A stretch of DNA of 64,000 bases from the NCBI RefSeq assembly GCF_001194135.2, contig NC_068986.1, positions 51,440,297 through 51,504,296 on the forward strand, read 5' to 3'. Each line of letters opens with the position of its first letter. The first letter of the stretch is position 1. The notes beneath the pieces are model-generated. The model was not told where the DNA came from, searched no databases, and saw only the letters and a program-made list of their open reading frames with translations. Below are positions 52,001 through 64,000 of this stretch, one piece after another. Source of the stretch: Octopus bimaculoides. Lineage: Eukaryota. The translations under genes were made by a program, and so were the position numbers.

Positions 52001-55000
52001 AATTAATCAAATGTTCCTCAATTATAAAAGCAAAAACTTATAAAATTTTCATATTTCAAACATAAAAATATTATAACAATGTTTCTATTTCAATGTGGTA
52101 CTGAACTAAACTGCAATAAAAAGAAACAAACCAAGCTAATGTAGGAACCTTTACGTAGCCTTCCAACCTTCTAGAAATAGTAGTCAAATATCTAACAAAA
52201 CCCACTCTGTCAGTTAAAAAGTTAGGACAGATTGAATAACAAAAATGGTATGATTACAGCTGGAATACTTTTGCTCATAATTCAGTTTGATCAATCTGTC
52301 CAGGCACTAAACAACAAGGCAACTACATATGACTGAAGGAAACAGGAATACATCATCCTAGCTTATCACTGAAGTGTGGTTTAAAAAAAAAAAATAGAAT
52401 GAATGTTTGATTCATTGACACCAAAATCAAGGAAGCCACATCAGGGAAGCTTCTACTGTCATGTATTTTCTTGATCATCTCTACCTTTTCCTGTAGAGCA
52501 TACATTTCGTTTGCATCACTTGTTAGAATTAGGTGTTTTTGTATTTTTTTCTGTTCACTGGTCCTACACTGATGGTATCCATTCATAAATTTGTATAAAA
52601 AATACACAACCTCCTAACATAGTCACGAAAACAAGCAACAATAAATGCATTTTGGGTAGTTGAACATTGTAGGTTGCCACTGGGGTGTGTTTTTGCAATC
52701 CAAGCGGAATCTTCGATAAATCACTGATCTGTGTTATCACAGATCAATTTGTAATAAGTATAACATGGTTCACAACTGAGCCTACCATGTCACCCCAGAT
52801 CAATGATGGATAGAATGGATTGGTGATAAACAAGGCTTCATGTATTTCAATAAGAAATAGTACTGAAATATATAATCTTACATTCATTCACCAAATTACC
52901 TTAGATAACATATGTTGAACTATATCAACACTTCATTACTAAAAGCCAACTAAAGCATTTGATGCAGCCATTCAGAGAAAAAAAAAAAAAAAAGGCCAAA
53001 TTTCTTTCAAAACATACTCTCTTCAATAAAATGAGATAAAAGTAGAGAACGTACATATTAGGAAGGCAGCAGTGTCTCTAGGGACATTGTACTTTTAGAT
53101 ATACTACAATTGCAAACAAGATAGAATGACCATAGTTAGAATGCTTTGATCATAAGTCTGTTTGGTCAAGGATATCTTGGGGCTAAACAACAACAGTACA
53201 ACTATACAAAGATAATTAAACAAATTCTAATCAACTTGGTTCACTGAGTTTGTGGACACCAATGAAGTTTTCAACCAACCCTGTTTTTACAAGTCACAGA
53301 TAACCTAATCATAAATGTCTGCTGCTGCTGTACCAAAAACATGAATACACATTACTCTATAAAATAGTGTTAATTAAGCTACTGTTTCTATGCTCAACTT
53401 GTTTCTTTTAAAAGAAAGGCACTTCTTCTATTTTTGATAAAGAAAAGAATCGAATTCAGTACTGCAATCTAACAAACACACATCAATTTCATAGTGCTGC
53501 TACTGCTTGCGACTTTGAATTCATTATAACACACCAAAATATCCATTTTGGGTAAAGTGATCTAGTGTATTGAAATTGTTTTTTAGTCACTGACACAATC
53601 CAGTCCCAGTGACTGAACATGGCATCTTATAAATGGTTTGGTTGTTCAGTTATTGATCACCTCAGATGACCAAACTTTCATTGTGCATGCACACACATAT
53701 ATTAATATGTATAAATAGGTACAGCCATAAGAGTATAGATAAAAATTCCTCCTTGCAGCCACATGGTCTGGGATAAGTGTCTTCGTTCACAGCTTCAGGT
53801 TCACCAGAGCCCTGTGAAAGAATTTGATAAATGGAAGCTACACCCATGGCCCATCATTTATACACACACACACAGATAAATAGATAGATAGATAGATAGA
53901 TATATGAGTATGCATATCAATGAGTGCATCAAACAAAAATAAGTGATATTTAACTTGTTTGAGTTATATCCCTTTATAACAAGGTGAATTTATCCATTTG
54001 ATAGAGATTGATAAAGCAAATACTACACTAAATACTGGGGTGGATATAATGTACTAAAATTCCTAGTAGATAGGGTCCTGAAGCCAACCAATAAAAGAGT
54101 ATATCCTCATTGTTTTAACATCCTTTTTCGTGTGCTTGCATGGGTCAGATAGAATTTATTAAGGTAAATTTTCTACAGTCAGATCCTCGCCAGTTTCCAA
54201 GCAATGTAGTAATATTTCCCTATAGCTAGACATGTTTTTCACAGAAGAGTAGAAAACTTGTCCAAGGTGCTGTGTAGTGGAACTGAAACCAAGACCACAT
54301 AGTTTGGGAAGTAAGCTTCTGAAACCACACAGCCACACCTGTATCTATATCAGAGTCATGTGAAATTTCAAACTATAAGCATTCACTATTTAGCAGCAAC
54401 TTGGCTTGTTTCTTCAAAGCTTCAATCAATCCACAACTTGATAGCAACTTGGTCTCATCTCATAAAATAGAATTTATTAAGATAAATAACTACAAAATAA
54501 CGCCAGTACTCTGAGTTTTTTCAGTGTCACAAAACAGATCTTAACTGACTACAATGATATATGAGAAGTGGAAAATATCTGAGAATATCTGAATATATAA
54601 AATGGAACAATTATAGTAACAGGATCTGTTGGCAATGATTCACCACTACATTTCTCAAAATGTTGGCATACTAGTACTTAAGCTGAAATAGCTTCTCTAT
54701 GAACATTTCTGTTTTCTTTAACAGAACAACCCACTCTACATTGCAAGAGTAATCATACTTATGTAACAGATACAAAGATAAATAGTAGAACCTGGAACCG
54801 TAACTCAAATGATATATAAAATAACTGTCTATTTAAGTTTCTTATGTGTCTCCTTTTACTAATTAATTATACACTTTGCAAATTAACAGAAATTAAATTG
54901 ATATGATTACACATTTTCATAATATAAGATAACAGGTTTGAGATAATGAATGAATGCAATTTCATCACTCAAAAATCTGCCACTAAGAGGCATTTTTTTT

Positions 55001-56386
55001 TTTTTTTGGTTTGTCTTTTCAATAGTTACTTTAAATGAAAATAAATATAACCCACTAAGTCTTGACATCACTTTGGAAGATGCAGAGGGGCTGGTATGAG
55101 AATGCCAGTGATGGAGAGCACTGGTTGGCTCTATGTATGATAATGCTTCTGGGATCACTAACTTGGAATGACCCCAGCCGAGTCAAGCCAACCCACTAAT
55201 TATGTTTATGAAAACAGATCATATGAGCGCATTGTTTATTGGGCAACCAAGATTTTCTTTTTTACAACTATATGCAGCAAAGTTTAAACTGTGTGCCTAT
55301 AATATTCTGTAGTACTGCACCATTTAAGAAAGGGGGTATGTTATGAAAAAAAGCAGAAAACAACCTATTTGGACTTTCTTGGCACCAATTTAAAAAAAAA
55401 AAAAACTAAACTACTCAATGTAATACAGCAGACTTCTCTATAAATCTCAAAGTGAAATGTTTTAAGTTTCAAAAGTGATTACATAGATATGAAGATTACA
55501 ACCTATTAGTGTTGAAACAGAAATTCTGTACGCTACAGCTGAGAGGATAATATTTCTCTCTGATATTTCCCAAGAAGTAAATATTTTTCTCATTGGGTTT
55601 TTGATGAAGTAAATTTAGAAATTGGATAATTGTGTTGGAGGGTGGGGGGAGGGAGTTAAAACTGAGATGTGAAGTAGAGAAATTTAGATATTAAACAATG
55701 TGAGAAGATAACTACAAGCAAATGTAAAAATGTTTTAAATTAAAATTTCTTTTATAGAAACGTGTGTGTATGTGTATGTATGCAATAATGATGACAGTTT
55801 TCATTTCAGTATTCAGTCCCAAAAGATAAAAAAAAAGCCCCCAAAAACTGCATGTCAAGTGTCAGAATAATGTGGAAGAAACTAGACTTCAAAAGGTAAA
55901 CCAGACTATAACAACAAGAAGACCATTTAAATCCTTACTGCAGACAAGATATGACTGGTGTCCAAATTTTAGTAGACTTAGAGGGTAATGAACCTCTTCA
56001 ATCATGAATGACCATGGGATTGCACCTAGAAAGTCCCTCTCCAAAGCACAAGTCTGGGCAAAGTTGTTTATGGAAGACCAGCAGTTGCCCATGCACACTA
56101 GCCTTCCCTCTTTCGTGCCACTGATGTTATCCAAGGGAAAAGTAAAAGCTGATTCAGCTTGGCATCAGTGACATTCATTTCTACAGCTGAGTAGACTGGA
56201 GCAACATGAAATAAAGTGTTTTGCCCAAGAACACAACACACAGCCTGGTCTGGGAATCGAACTCACTACCTCATGATTGTGAGCCTGACGCTCTAACTAC
56301 TGAGTCATGTGCCTTAGTTCAGTTTAAATTTTGTATGATGAATGTGTAATGCATGTTACAATGTGTATGTGAGTGTGTATGTATGC

Positions 56387-56434
<48 letters not shown>

Positions 56435-56872
56435 CATACAAATAAACATATAAAAGCTGTTCATAAATTGACTTTACAATTTGAAAAATAAAAAAAAAAT
56501 TAGGATAATTCAGTTAATTGGAAAACATAGGCAAACAAAATTTTAATAGAAATGTCAGAAGACTTCCATAACGGCAACATTGATTGCACACAGCCTGCTG
56601 AGTTATCCTTATTTTTCTGAAATTTTCAAATTGTAAAGGTAATTTACGGACATCCTGTGTATATACACATGTATATACATATAAATATATGTAATTAATA
56701 TAAAATCTATATTTTAGAAAATGAGATTTTAAATCATTTCCCTGGATTCCCAATTAATTATTTGAGATTATCAGAGCATGGAGCTTTCTTAACATTGTGC
56801 ATTCTTAAAGTGAACTGGGCGACTTTTCGACATGTTAACAGCAACTATTGCAAGAATAAGGCAAACCCTTAC

Positions 56873-56883
56873 CTCCAAACCTG
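56873..56883 (-). CDS. NCX: Candidate microexon, 8 or 11 nt (NAGNAG acceptor), phase 1 to 0: (A)GLE
   Basis: tctttctttttggttctcatcag|CAG|GTTTGGAG|gtaagg. Both splice sites are strong. The frame is restored only together with 35616-35637. Confidence 0.45.
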
Positions 56884-57849
56884 CTGATGAGAACCAAAAA
56901 GAAAGATTCAAAATCCCATGATACTCAACACAAGTATTCATCATCATTTACTCTCTCTTTTTCCCATGCCGGCATGGGTGGGACAGTTTGACAAGAACAG
57001 ATGGGCCACATGGCATGGTTTCTCCAGCTAGATTTTGCCTTTCCTAATAATACCAATCACTTAAAAGAGTGTACTGGGTGCTTTTTATGTGACACCAGCA
57101 CTGGTGAGATCACCAAGTACCTGCAACTGAGCAGGGTGCACAGTGGAGGAATAAGAAACTATGAAAGAGGGAGAGGAGCAGGTGACTTGCTGAAGATACA
57201 AAGCCAGAAAGTGAGAGAGAGAGAGAAAAAGAAAGAGATGTGAAGTCTAGGTACAACATGAATATGTGACATGATAGGATAGAAGAGGGGAAAAGATGGA
57301 AGTGAAGTGCACTGAGTGAAAATAGCATGATGGATGATTAGAGATAGGGAAAGAGTTGGATGTAGAGAATATCAGATCAGTGTAAGGAGAAGTGAAGATA
57401 TATACTCTTTTACTCTTTTACTTGTTTCAGTCATTTGACTGCAGCCATGCTGGAGCACCGCCTTTAGTTGAGAAAATCGACCCCAGAACTTATTCTTTGT
57501 AAGCCTAGTACTTATTCTATCGGTCTCTTTTGCCGAACTGCTAAGTTACAGGGACGTAAACACACCAGTATCGGTTGTCAAGTGATGTTGGGGGGACAAA
57601 CACAGACACACAAACACACATATATACGACGGGCTTCTTTCAGTTTCTGTCTACCAAATCCACTGACAAGGCTTTGGTTGGCCCGAGGCTATAGTAGAAG
57701 ACACTTGCCCAAGGTGTCACGCAGTGGGACTGAACCCGGAACCATGTGGTTGGTAAGCAAGTTACTTACCACACAGCCATTCCTGTATATATATCATTAA
57801 CATCATTATTAATCATATGATAATAATGAATAATAATTTGTAATTTGAT

Positions 57850-58700
57850 ATAGTGTCATAGTTGCTGACTGTATGTAACTTCTAGTAAACCCACTTCCCT
57901 TCTTGTCATTCCTTCTGATCCAGTCATTCTGTCACAAAATGCTTTCTTCAATAACTCCACCTATATCTATATTTGAACCCTAATCACTCATATTTTCAAG
58001 TTCGAACATGACTATAAACTGTATAGATTCAACAATTTTTATCTCTTAGTCAAGAAAAGCTAGAAAAATACTGTAGTTATATAAATGAAATATTGGCAAT
58101 GTGTTTTTAACTAGGTTCAATGATTTTTGTTCTAAACATTTAGTTTGCTAGTGTATTTTAAATTCTATTATTCTTGGGGTAGTAAAGTCCATTTTGAAGA
58201 CGTTTCTGCTTTCTCTGAAGAATTTCTTTGCTTCATAGCTACATGCAAGAAATGATTTATGTTTGAGCTTTGATGTCTGTATTTGTAACAATAAGTAGGT
58301 GTAGACTAATAAAAAAGTAGAAGTAAAATATTAGTGCAATATGTTCATTAATCCACTGGCAGCATCTATGTTTTAAATACTGTTGGCATCACCAGACTGA
58401 ATAGTACTGCTCAGGTGTTGAAATCATAATGATATTCATTTGGCAGCTGATGATGGATGTATACATTTGATGTGCTTGCTTACAGCTTATCTTTTGTGTC
58501 TTGTGTTCTCAAGGTTCTAAGTTCTTTTTCATTGAAATTTTAGTTCTCATAGTGTTAAACTTGCACAGGGGTAGTTGGCTTCTTGGTTATTTATGGTGAT
58601 TTTGATGTATACACTATAATATACACTGATATTGCATGATTGTCTTTCAGTCTTTCATAGAGATTCTAATTCTCTTAAGTGTAATGCTTGTCTAAGTGTT
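57850..58700 (-). pseudogene. Heavily decayed, probably retroelement-derived coding remnant (family not identified)
   Basis: A long minus-strand frame of about 150 codons with only sparse stops and no flanking splice signals. Confidence 0.35.
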
Positions 58701-59459
58701 CCAAATTTATGGAGATTTTGTTACACACACACACGGATATATATAAAACAATGATTTGGTAGAGGAATCATAAAAATGAATTAGCACTTGAGGATAAATA
58801 TTTTTATAGGCACCATTAAAAAATAAAATTAAAACAAAAATAAAAGATCTTCAAATTTATAAGTTATCCAGGCTAATAAAGAAACCCATTCCATAGAAAA
58901 CGTTAACTGAATAATGAGTTTTTTAAAAAATTATTAACTTGGACAAACTAGTAAAGGGGTAAAGCTTAATTCGGTTAGTTTGAAGAGTATTGTTTGCAAA
59001 GAGGAAAAACAAAAATATTATGAAGAAATATTTGGCAAATATTTTGGAAACAGAGGAAAGAAACATAATGAAGATGTAGAAGAAAAGAGGGACAATAATG
59101 AGAATGGGAATTAAATAATGTAGGAAATTGATATTTCAAGAAAGTTGAAAGTTGAAGAGAGAGAGAGAGTGAGAGAGAGGACAGGCAGAAATGAAGACAC
59201 TATTTTCTCATATTTTAATCAATTCAAATAAGATTAAAAAGAAAAGAGAGAAAAGAATGAGATGAATGAAGTATATATAGGAAATAAAAGATCAAGAGAT
59301 GGAAATAAGACACAAAGGAAAGAAAGCCTCAAATATTTCTTAAATTTTTTTTTAAAAATGATGCTTTCAATCTATTTATAAACATAGGTCATTTAAGAGG
59401 AATATATCAAGTTAAAATGTATTGATACACTCAGACACACACACACAAGCATACACAAC

Positions 59460-59491
<32 letters not shown>

Positions 59492-59624
59492 CTTTATTTA
59501 AAAGCAACAGAAATATAACAAAAGCTGTTACTCAGAGTTTCACATTCCTGTTCGGCGGACAGTTTTGTTAACGTGAAACTCTGAGTAACAGCTTTTGCTA
59601 TATTTCTGCTGCTTTTAAATAAAG
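59492..59624. repeat. 52-bp fold-back inverted repeat, probably Penelope pseudo-LTR type
   Basis: Arms at 59492-59543 and 59573-59624 with 2 mismatches. A partial second copy lies at about 60280-60405. Confidence 0.9.
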
Positions 59625-60566
59625 CATATTACTCTACCTCTGGTATTTGAGTACTCTTTTTTCCACCTTGTTTCACATTTATGTGCTTACTCCGGTATAT
59701 ATATATATATATATATGAAAGATATAAATGACAAAGGAACAAGAAATTATGTAATGAACATTGCTAGATTACAGCTGTTTCTACTATAAGATGAAATGTA
59801 TTCATAGTTGAGTACTTGCATATCACTTTATAACTTTGTTGGTCTTCATAAATGAAGAGTTTTAACAGAAACAACTGTAAGCTACTAAAATTCATTACGT
59901 AATTTCTTATTCACTTATTTACATAAACTCTTATTCCACTCTGTTCTCAACTAATGCTTTACTCCTGAAGCATACATACATTGAGTTATTGGTAGCACTA
60001 TGCCTAAGTGAAATATTGGTTTAAAATGCTGGTACAGGGCCAGAAATTTCTGGGGACAGGCTAAGTAAATTACATTAACCCCAATGCTCAACTGGTACTT
60101 ATTTCATTGAATCTGAAAGGATGAAAAGCAAGTCAACCTTGGCAGAATTAGAACACGGAATGTAAAGATGGACAAAATGCTGTTAGGCATTTTGCCTGGT
60201 GTGCTAATGATTCTGCCATTTCACTGTCTTAACTAAGTGAAATATATATATACATTTATATACATATAAATGTATATACCAAAGTAAGCACATGAATGCG
60301 AAACAAGATGGAAAAAATAGTACTTGAATACCAGAGATAGAGTTATGGCAAAGTGAAACTCTGAGTAACAGTTTTTGTGATATTTTTGCTGCTTGTTAAT
60401 AAAGTATAAATGTGTATATATATATATATGTGTGTCTGTGTGTGTGTATATACTTGTATATGAGTGTGTATATTCTTTTTATTCTTCTATTAGTTTCAGT
60501 TATTTGACTGTGGCCATGCTGAAGCACAGCCTTTAGTTCAGCAAATCAACCCTGGGATTTATTCTG

Positions 60567-60651
60567 CATGAGGTGGATGTAGGTGTCTTCAAAATGAAAC
60601 TCGACCTCTTACTGTCAAATGTCCCAGATGAACCAACTCCACAGCAGGAAG
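60567..60651 (+). mobile_element. LINE ORF2 3'-terminal fragment
   Basis: [26 protein letters not shown] resembles the FK..LD..L..VPD.P C-terminus of CR1/L2-group LINEs. Confidence 0.6.
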
Positions 60652-61414
60652 ATATATATAAATAGATAATATATGAATATATATATATATATATAAATAT
60701 ATATAAATATGTATATAAATATATATGTATATAAATATATATATATAAATATGTATATAAATATATATATATAAATATGTATATAAATATATATATATAA
60801 ATATGTATATATATATATATATATAAATATGTATATATATATATANNNNNNNNNNNNNNNNNNNNNNNNNNNNNNNNNNNNNNNNNNNNNNNNNNNNNNN
60901 NNNNNNNNNNNNNNNNNNNNNNNNNNNNNNNNNNNNNNNNNNNNNNNNNNNNNNNNNNNNNNNNNNNNNNNNNNNNNNNNNNNNNNNNNNNNNNNNNNNN
61001 NNNNNNNNNNNNNNNNNNNNNNNNNNNNNNNNNNNNNNNNNNNNNNNNNNNNNNNNNNNNNNNNNNNNNNNNNNNNNNNNNNNNNNNNNNNNNNNNNNNN
61101 NNNNNNNNNNNNNNNNNNNNNNNNNNNNNNNNNNNNNNNNNNNNNNNNNNNNNNNNNNNNNNNNNNNNNNNNNNNNNNNNNNNNNNNNNNNNNNNNNNNN
61201 NNNNNNNNNNNNNNNNNNNNNNNNNNNNNNNNNNNNNNNNNNNNNNNNNNNNNNNNNNNNNNNNNNNNNNNNNNNNNNNNNNNNNNNNNNNNNNNNNNNN
61301 NNNNNNNNNNNNNNNNNNNNNNNNNNNNNNNNNNNNNNNNNNNNNNNNNNNNNNNNNNNNNNNNNNNNNNNNNNNNNNNNNNNNNNNNNNNNNNNNNNNN
61401 NNNNNNNNNNNNNN

Positions 61415-61456
<42 letters not shown>

Positions 61457-62564
61457 ATATATATATTGTGTGTGTGTGTGTGTGTGTGTTTCCCTTTGTG
61501 TTCATCTGTATTGTAGTGTCATTCATTTCCAATCATCCATGAAAATATGTCTAGCTAAGGGGATAACTGACATGGAAACAAGTAAGGGTTGATGACACTG
61601 AGGGCATCTAGCTGTAGAAAATCTACCCACCTCAATGAATTCTATCTGACTCACATGAATATAGAAAAGTGAATGCTAAAATGATGATGATGATGAAATG
61701 ATATTTGTAGGAATGACTGTTGATACAGACTTCCCTTCATACCCACAAGGTTTAGGGTTCTATTTCACCATATGGCACTCTCAGCAAGTGCCTTGGACTG
61801 ACGAATGTCTTAAGTGGAACTGGCAAATGGGAGCTATACAAAGGCCTGTTGATTTACATTGTATGTCTCCGCATTACACTGTTTGAGCAAAATCATCATG
61901 TTATGTCAACATTCTCTGTAAATTATACATCGTGTGGTACACTGCTTTCAAAGACCAATAAAATAAAATTAAAATGTTCTAACTTGAAAAACTAGCAAGC
62001 ATTGGGGGAAAAAAGGGTATCAGGCTATAAAATGTTGTCTCAGGAGGTCTTTGTTCAACCCATGCCAGATGGGGTTATTGAACTGTGGTCATGCTGGAGC
62101 ATCACCTTGAGAAAAAAGTTGCAGGAAAGTTATTATGAGACTTGAACTTGTACCCCTCAGACACTGGCTGAGTGCTCTAACCATTAAACTAAACAGCCTC
62201 TGTACATGTAAGAAACAACATTACAGGACATTAAAAACTCACAAATGATGAGATAAAGTTTATAGGTATTCAAATAACTATGAAAACCAATGAATCAAAT
62301 ATTTGGTGATTGTTTTCAACTTCCTCCTCCGGCACCCCAACAAAAAGCAGGAGGAAAAAGAAGCAAAAAACAAAGTAAAGACACAATAGAAATATATTCA
62401 AGTAAAGATTGTTGATAAATTATGATAGCTATGATGATACTTTGGAAAAAGAATCAAACAATACAAGTTGAATAATAATGAAGAAATTGATCTAATACTT
62501 GAAAATTTACCAGGATTATCATCTTCATTATTATTCATTTAAAGTTTAATTTTTTTTTACTAAC

Positions 62565-62665
62565 CTGCTGGTTTCTTCACAAGGAAAGGTTCATCTAGCC
62601 AAATGAAAAAAGTTTCATTCTTTTCATATTCTTCATCATCAAATACCCGTACGCGAAGAAATTTT
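62565..62665 (-). CDS. NCX: Na+/Ca2+ exchanger internal exon (101 nt, phase 2 to 1), Ca-binding domain 2 (Calx-beta): KFLRVRVFDDEEYEKNETFFIWLDEPFLVKKPA
   Basis: Acceptor tcttctttcttgcag and donor CAG|GTTAGT. The translation carries the DDEEYEKN.TF motif of NCX1 exon A (KTISVKVIDDEEYEKNKTFF) and is close to squid NCX-SQ1 as I recall it (DDEEYEKNETFFIWLDEPYLVKKP). The ORF track (62595..62816) shows a different frame. Confidence 0.95.
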
Positions 62666-63965
62666 CTGCAAGAAAGAAGATAGAACATAAGTTATATGAA
62701 ATGATCAAAACTTCATTGAAATAAAGAGAAATCTTCTTAACCCTTTTGTTACCATACTTCTGTTGAGATACTTTGTTTCTTTCAATTAATTTAAAATATA
62801 ACAAAGAATTTAGCAAAATAACTTAGTTATAATTAAGCTAATGTTAGGAACTAAGGTTTGGTGGAAGATTTTAATTCAGAACTTTCAAAAATAAGACATT
62901 TGTACTACAGAACCAAAGGCAGTTTCAGCCACATTGGTATTAAAAGGATTAAAAATGTCTCTCTTCAGAGGATAAATAAGAAACCCTTGTACATACTCAG
63001 TCTACTAGATTCCTAATTATGACTGGGGAAGGGATATGCATGGTTTTGAATGTATACAGCATCCTCATTTTGGTTCATAGATAGAGTCACTTGCAATTGA
63101 TTCACAGATAGAGTCACTTGCTGTTCTCTATATCATTACACTCCCTTGAAACCATAGCATAAGATATAAGTCTGAAAGATGTCTAATCACTGAATTATTA
63201 ATGAAAAAGCTAATGCAACACTACATAACAGTAGTGTTGCATAAACTGGTTACTGTCACAATGTACATTGAACTACCATGCTAAATCTTCTAGTCTGGCA
63301 TAAATTTTACACAAAAATAAACATGTAAATTTAGGCTACTTTGGATAATACATGGTCAGAAACCAACAACAATGTCAAAAAACAAATTAGTCATGTAATG
63401 ATATTGCAAGAACAGAATTATTATATGAAAAATTATCTTCAGTTAGTAAATTTTCAATGAATAAATATATCAGCTTCTTGGTTTGCAAACATAATGCTTA
63501 TTAAAGGGGAGTGTGAAAACCAATAAGAAAGAAAAACAAAACTGAATGTAGACAGAAAGAATAAGGAAAATGAGTGAGGAATGAATTTAAATAATAAGCA
63601 GATTAAGAGACTAGTTAGTTAGGGGGAATGTGAAAAGCTTGAAGGGAGTTTTTTTTTTTTGTCTTGTTTTTGAGACAAGAGTAACAGCAAATAATAAACT
63701 ATCCCACCAATCTACCATCTGCTTAGTATGTACAATGATACAACTGCAGGGGTGTGCTATTTCAGGCCTAATGCTGGACTGTTACCTCATTCAGAGGAGA
63801 ATCACATACTTTCTGACATCTAAATGCTACAAGGATTTGGATAAGCTCCAGCCTAACAGACCTGTAAGCTCAAAACAGATTTATACATATACAAGCCTTT
63901 GCATATACATGTATGTATGCATGCATGTATGTATGTATGTATCTATCTGTCTGCCTGTGTGCCTG

Positions 63966-64000
<35 letters not shown>

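Noticed and set aside
26447-61542. Long ORFs containing X runs (26447.., 39877-40351, 60615-61542)
   Set aside because: They are artefacts of N gaps and (TA)n tracts.
62595-62816. ORF-track protein MLNSLLYFK...
   Set aside because: It is the wrong frame across the real NCX exon.
1-64000. CRISPR arrays, operons or prokaryotic defence systems
   Set aside because: The sequence is eukaryotic intronic DNA, and the recurring repeats are dispersed SINEs and microsatellites, not repeat-spacer arrays.

Overview
This is AT-rich, CpG-poor eukaryotic DNA from a gapped assembly (five N runs). The SINE, MITE and Penelope-like repeats and the protein match point to an octopus or other coleoid cephalopod (inference). 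The window appears to lie inside a minus-strand Na+/Ca2+ exchanger gene (NCX/SLC8A, Calx family). One unambiguous exon at 62565-62665 encodes KFLRVRVFDDEEYEKNETFFIWLDEPFLVKKPA, the CBD2 Calx-beta segment equivalent to vertebrate NCX1 exon A/B. I did not find the next constitutive NCX exon anywhere in the ~62 kb downstream. That interval instead holds a series of small minus-strand exon candidates with canonical AG/GT ends that continue the phase-1 frame. They are an 8/11-nt plus 22-nt frame-complementary microexon pair, a 36/42-nt exon, a 21-nt microexon, a 105-nt exon, and three mutually paralogous symmetric exons of 171, 192 and 180 nt. Two of the three paralogs carry an FRKIS PKA-type motif. 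A candidate docking-site/selector RNA pairing and a shared post-donor motif suggest regulated, possibly mutually exclusive, choice among the paralogs. This expanded CBD2 F-G-loop splicing array is the main candidate novel system. It rests on sequence inspection only and needs RNA-seq. The rest is intron filled with SINEs, LINE and Penelope fragments (several fold-backs with degenerate hammerhead-like cores), MITEs and microsatellites. Most listed ORFs are repeat or gap artefacts.
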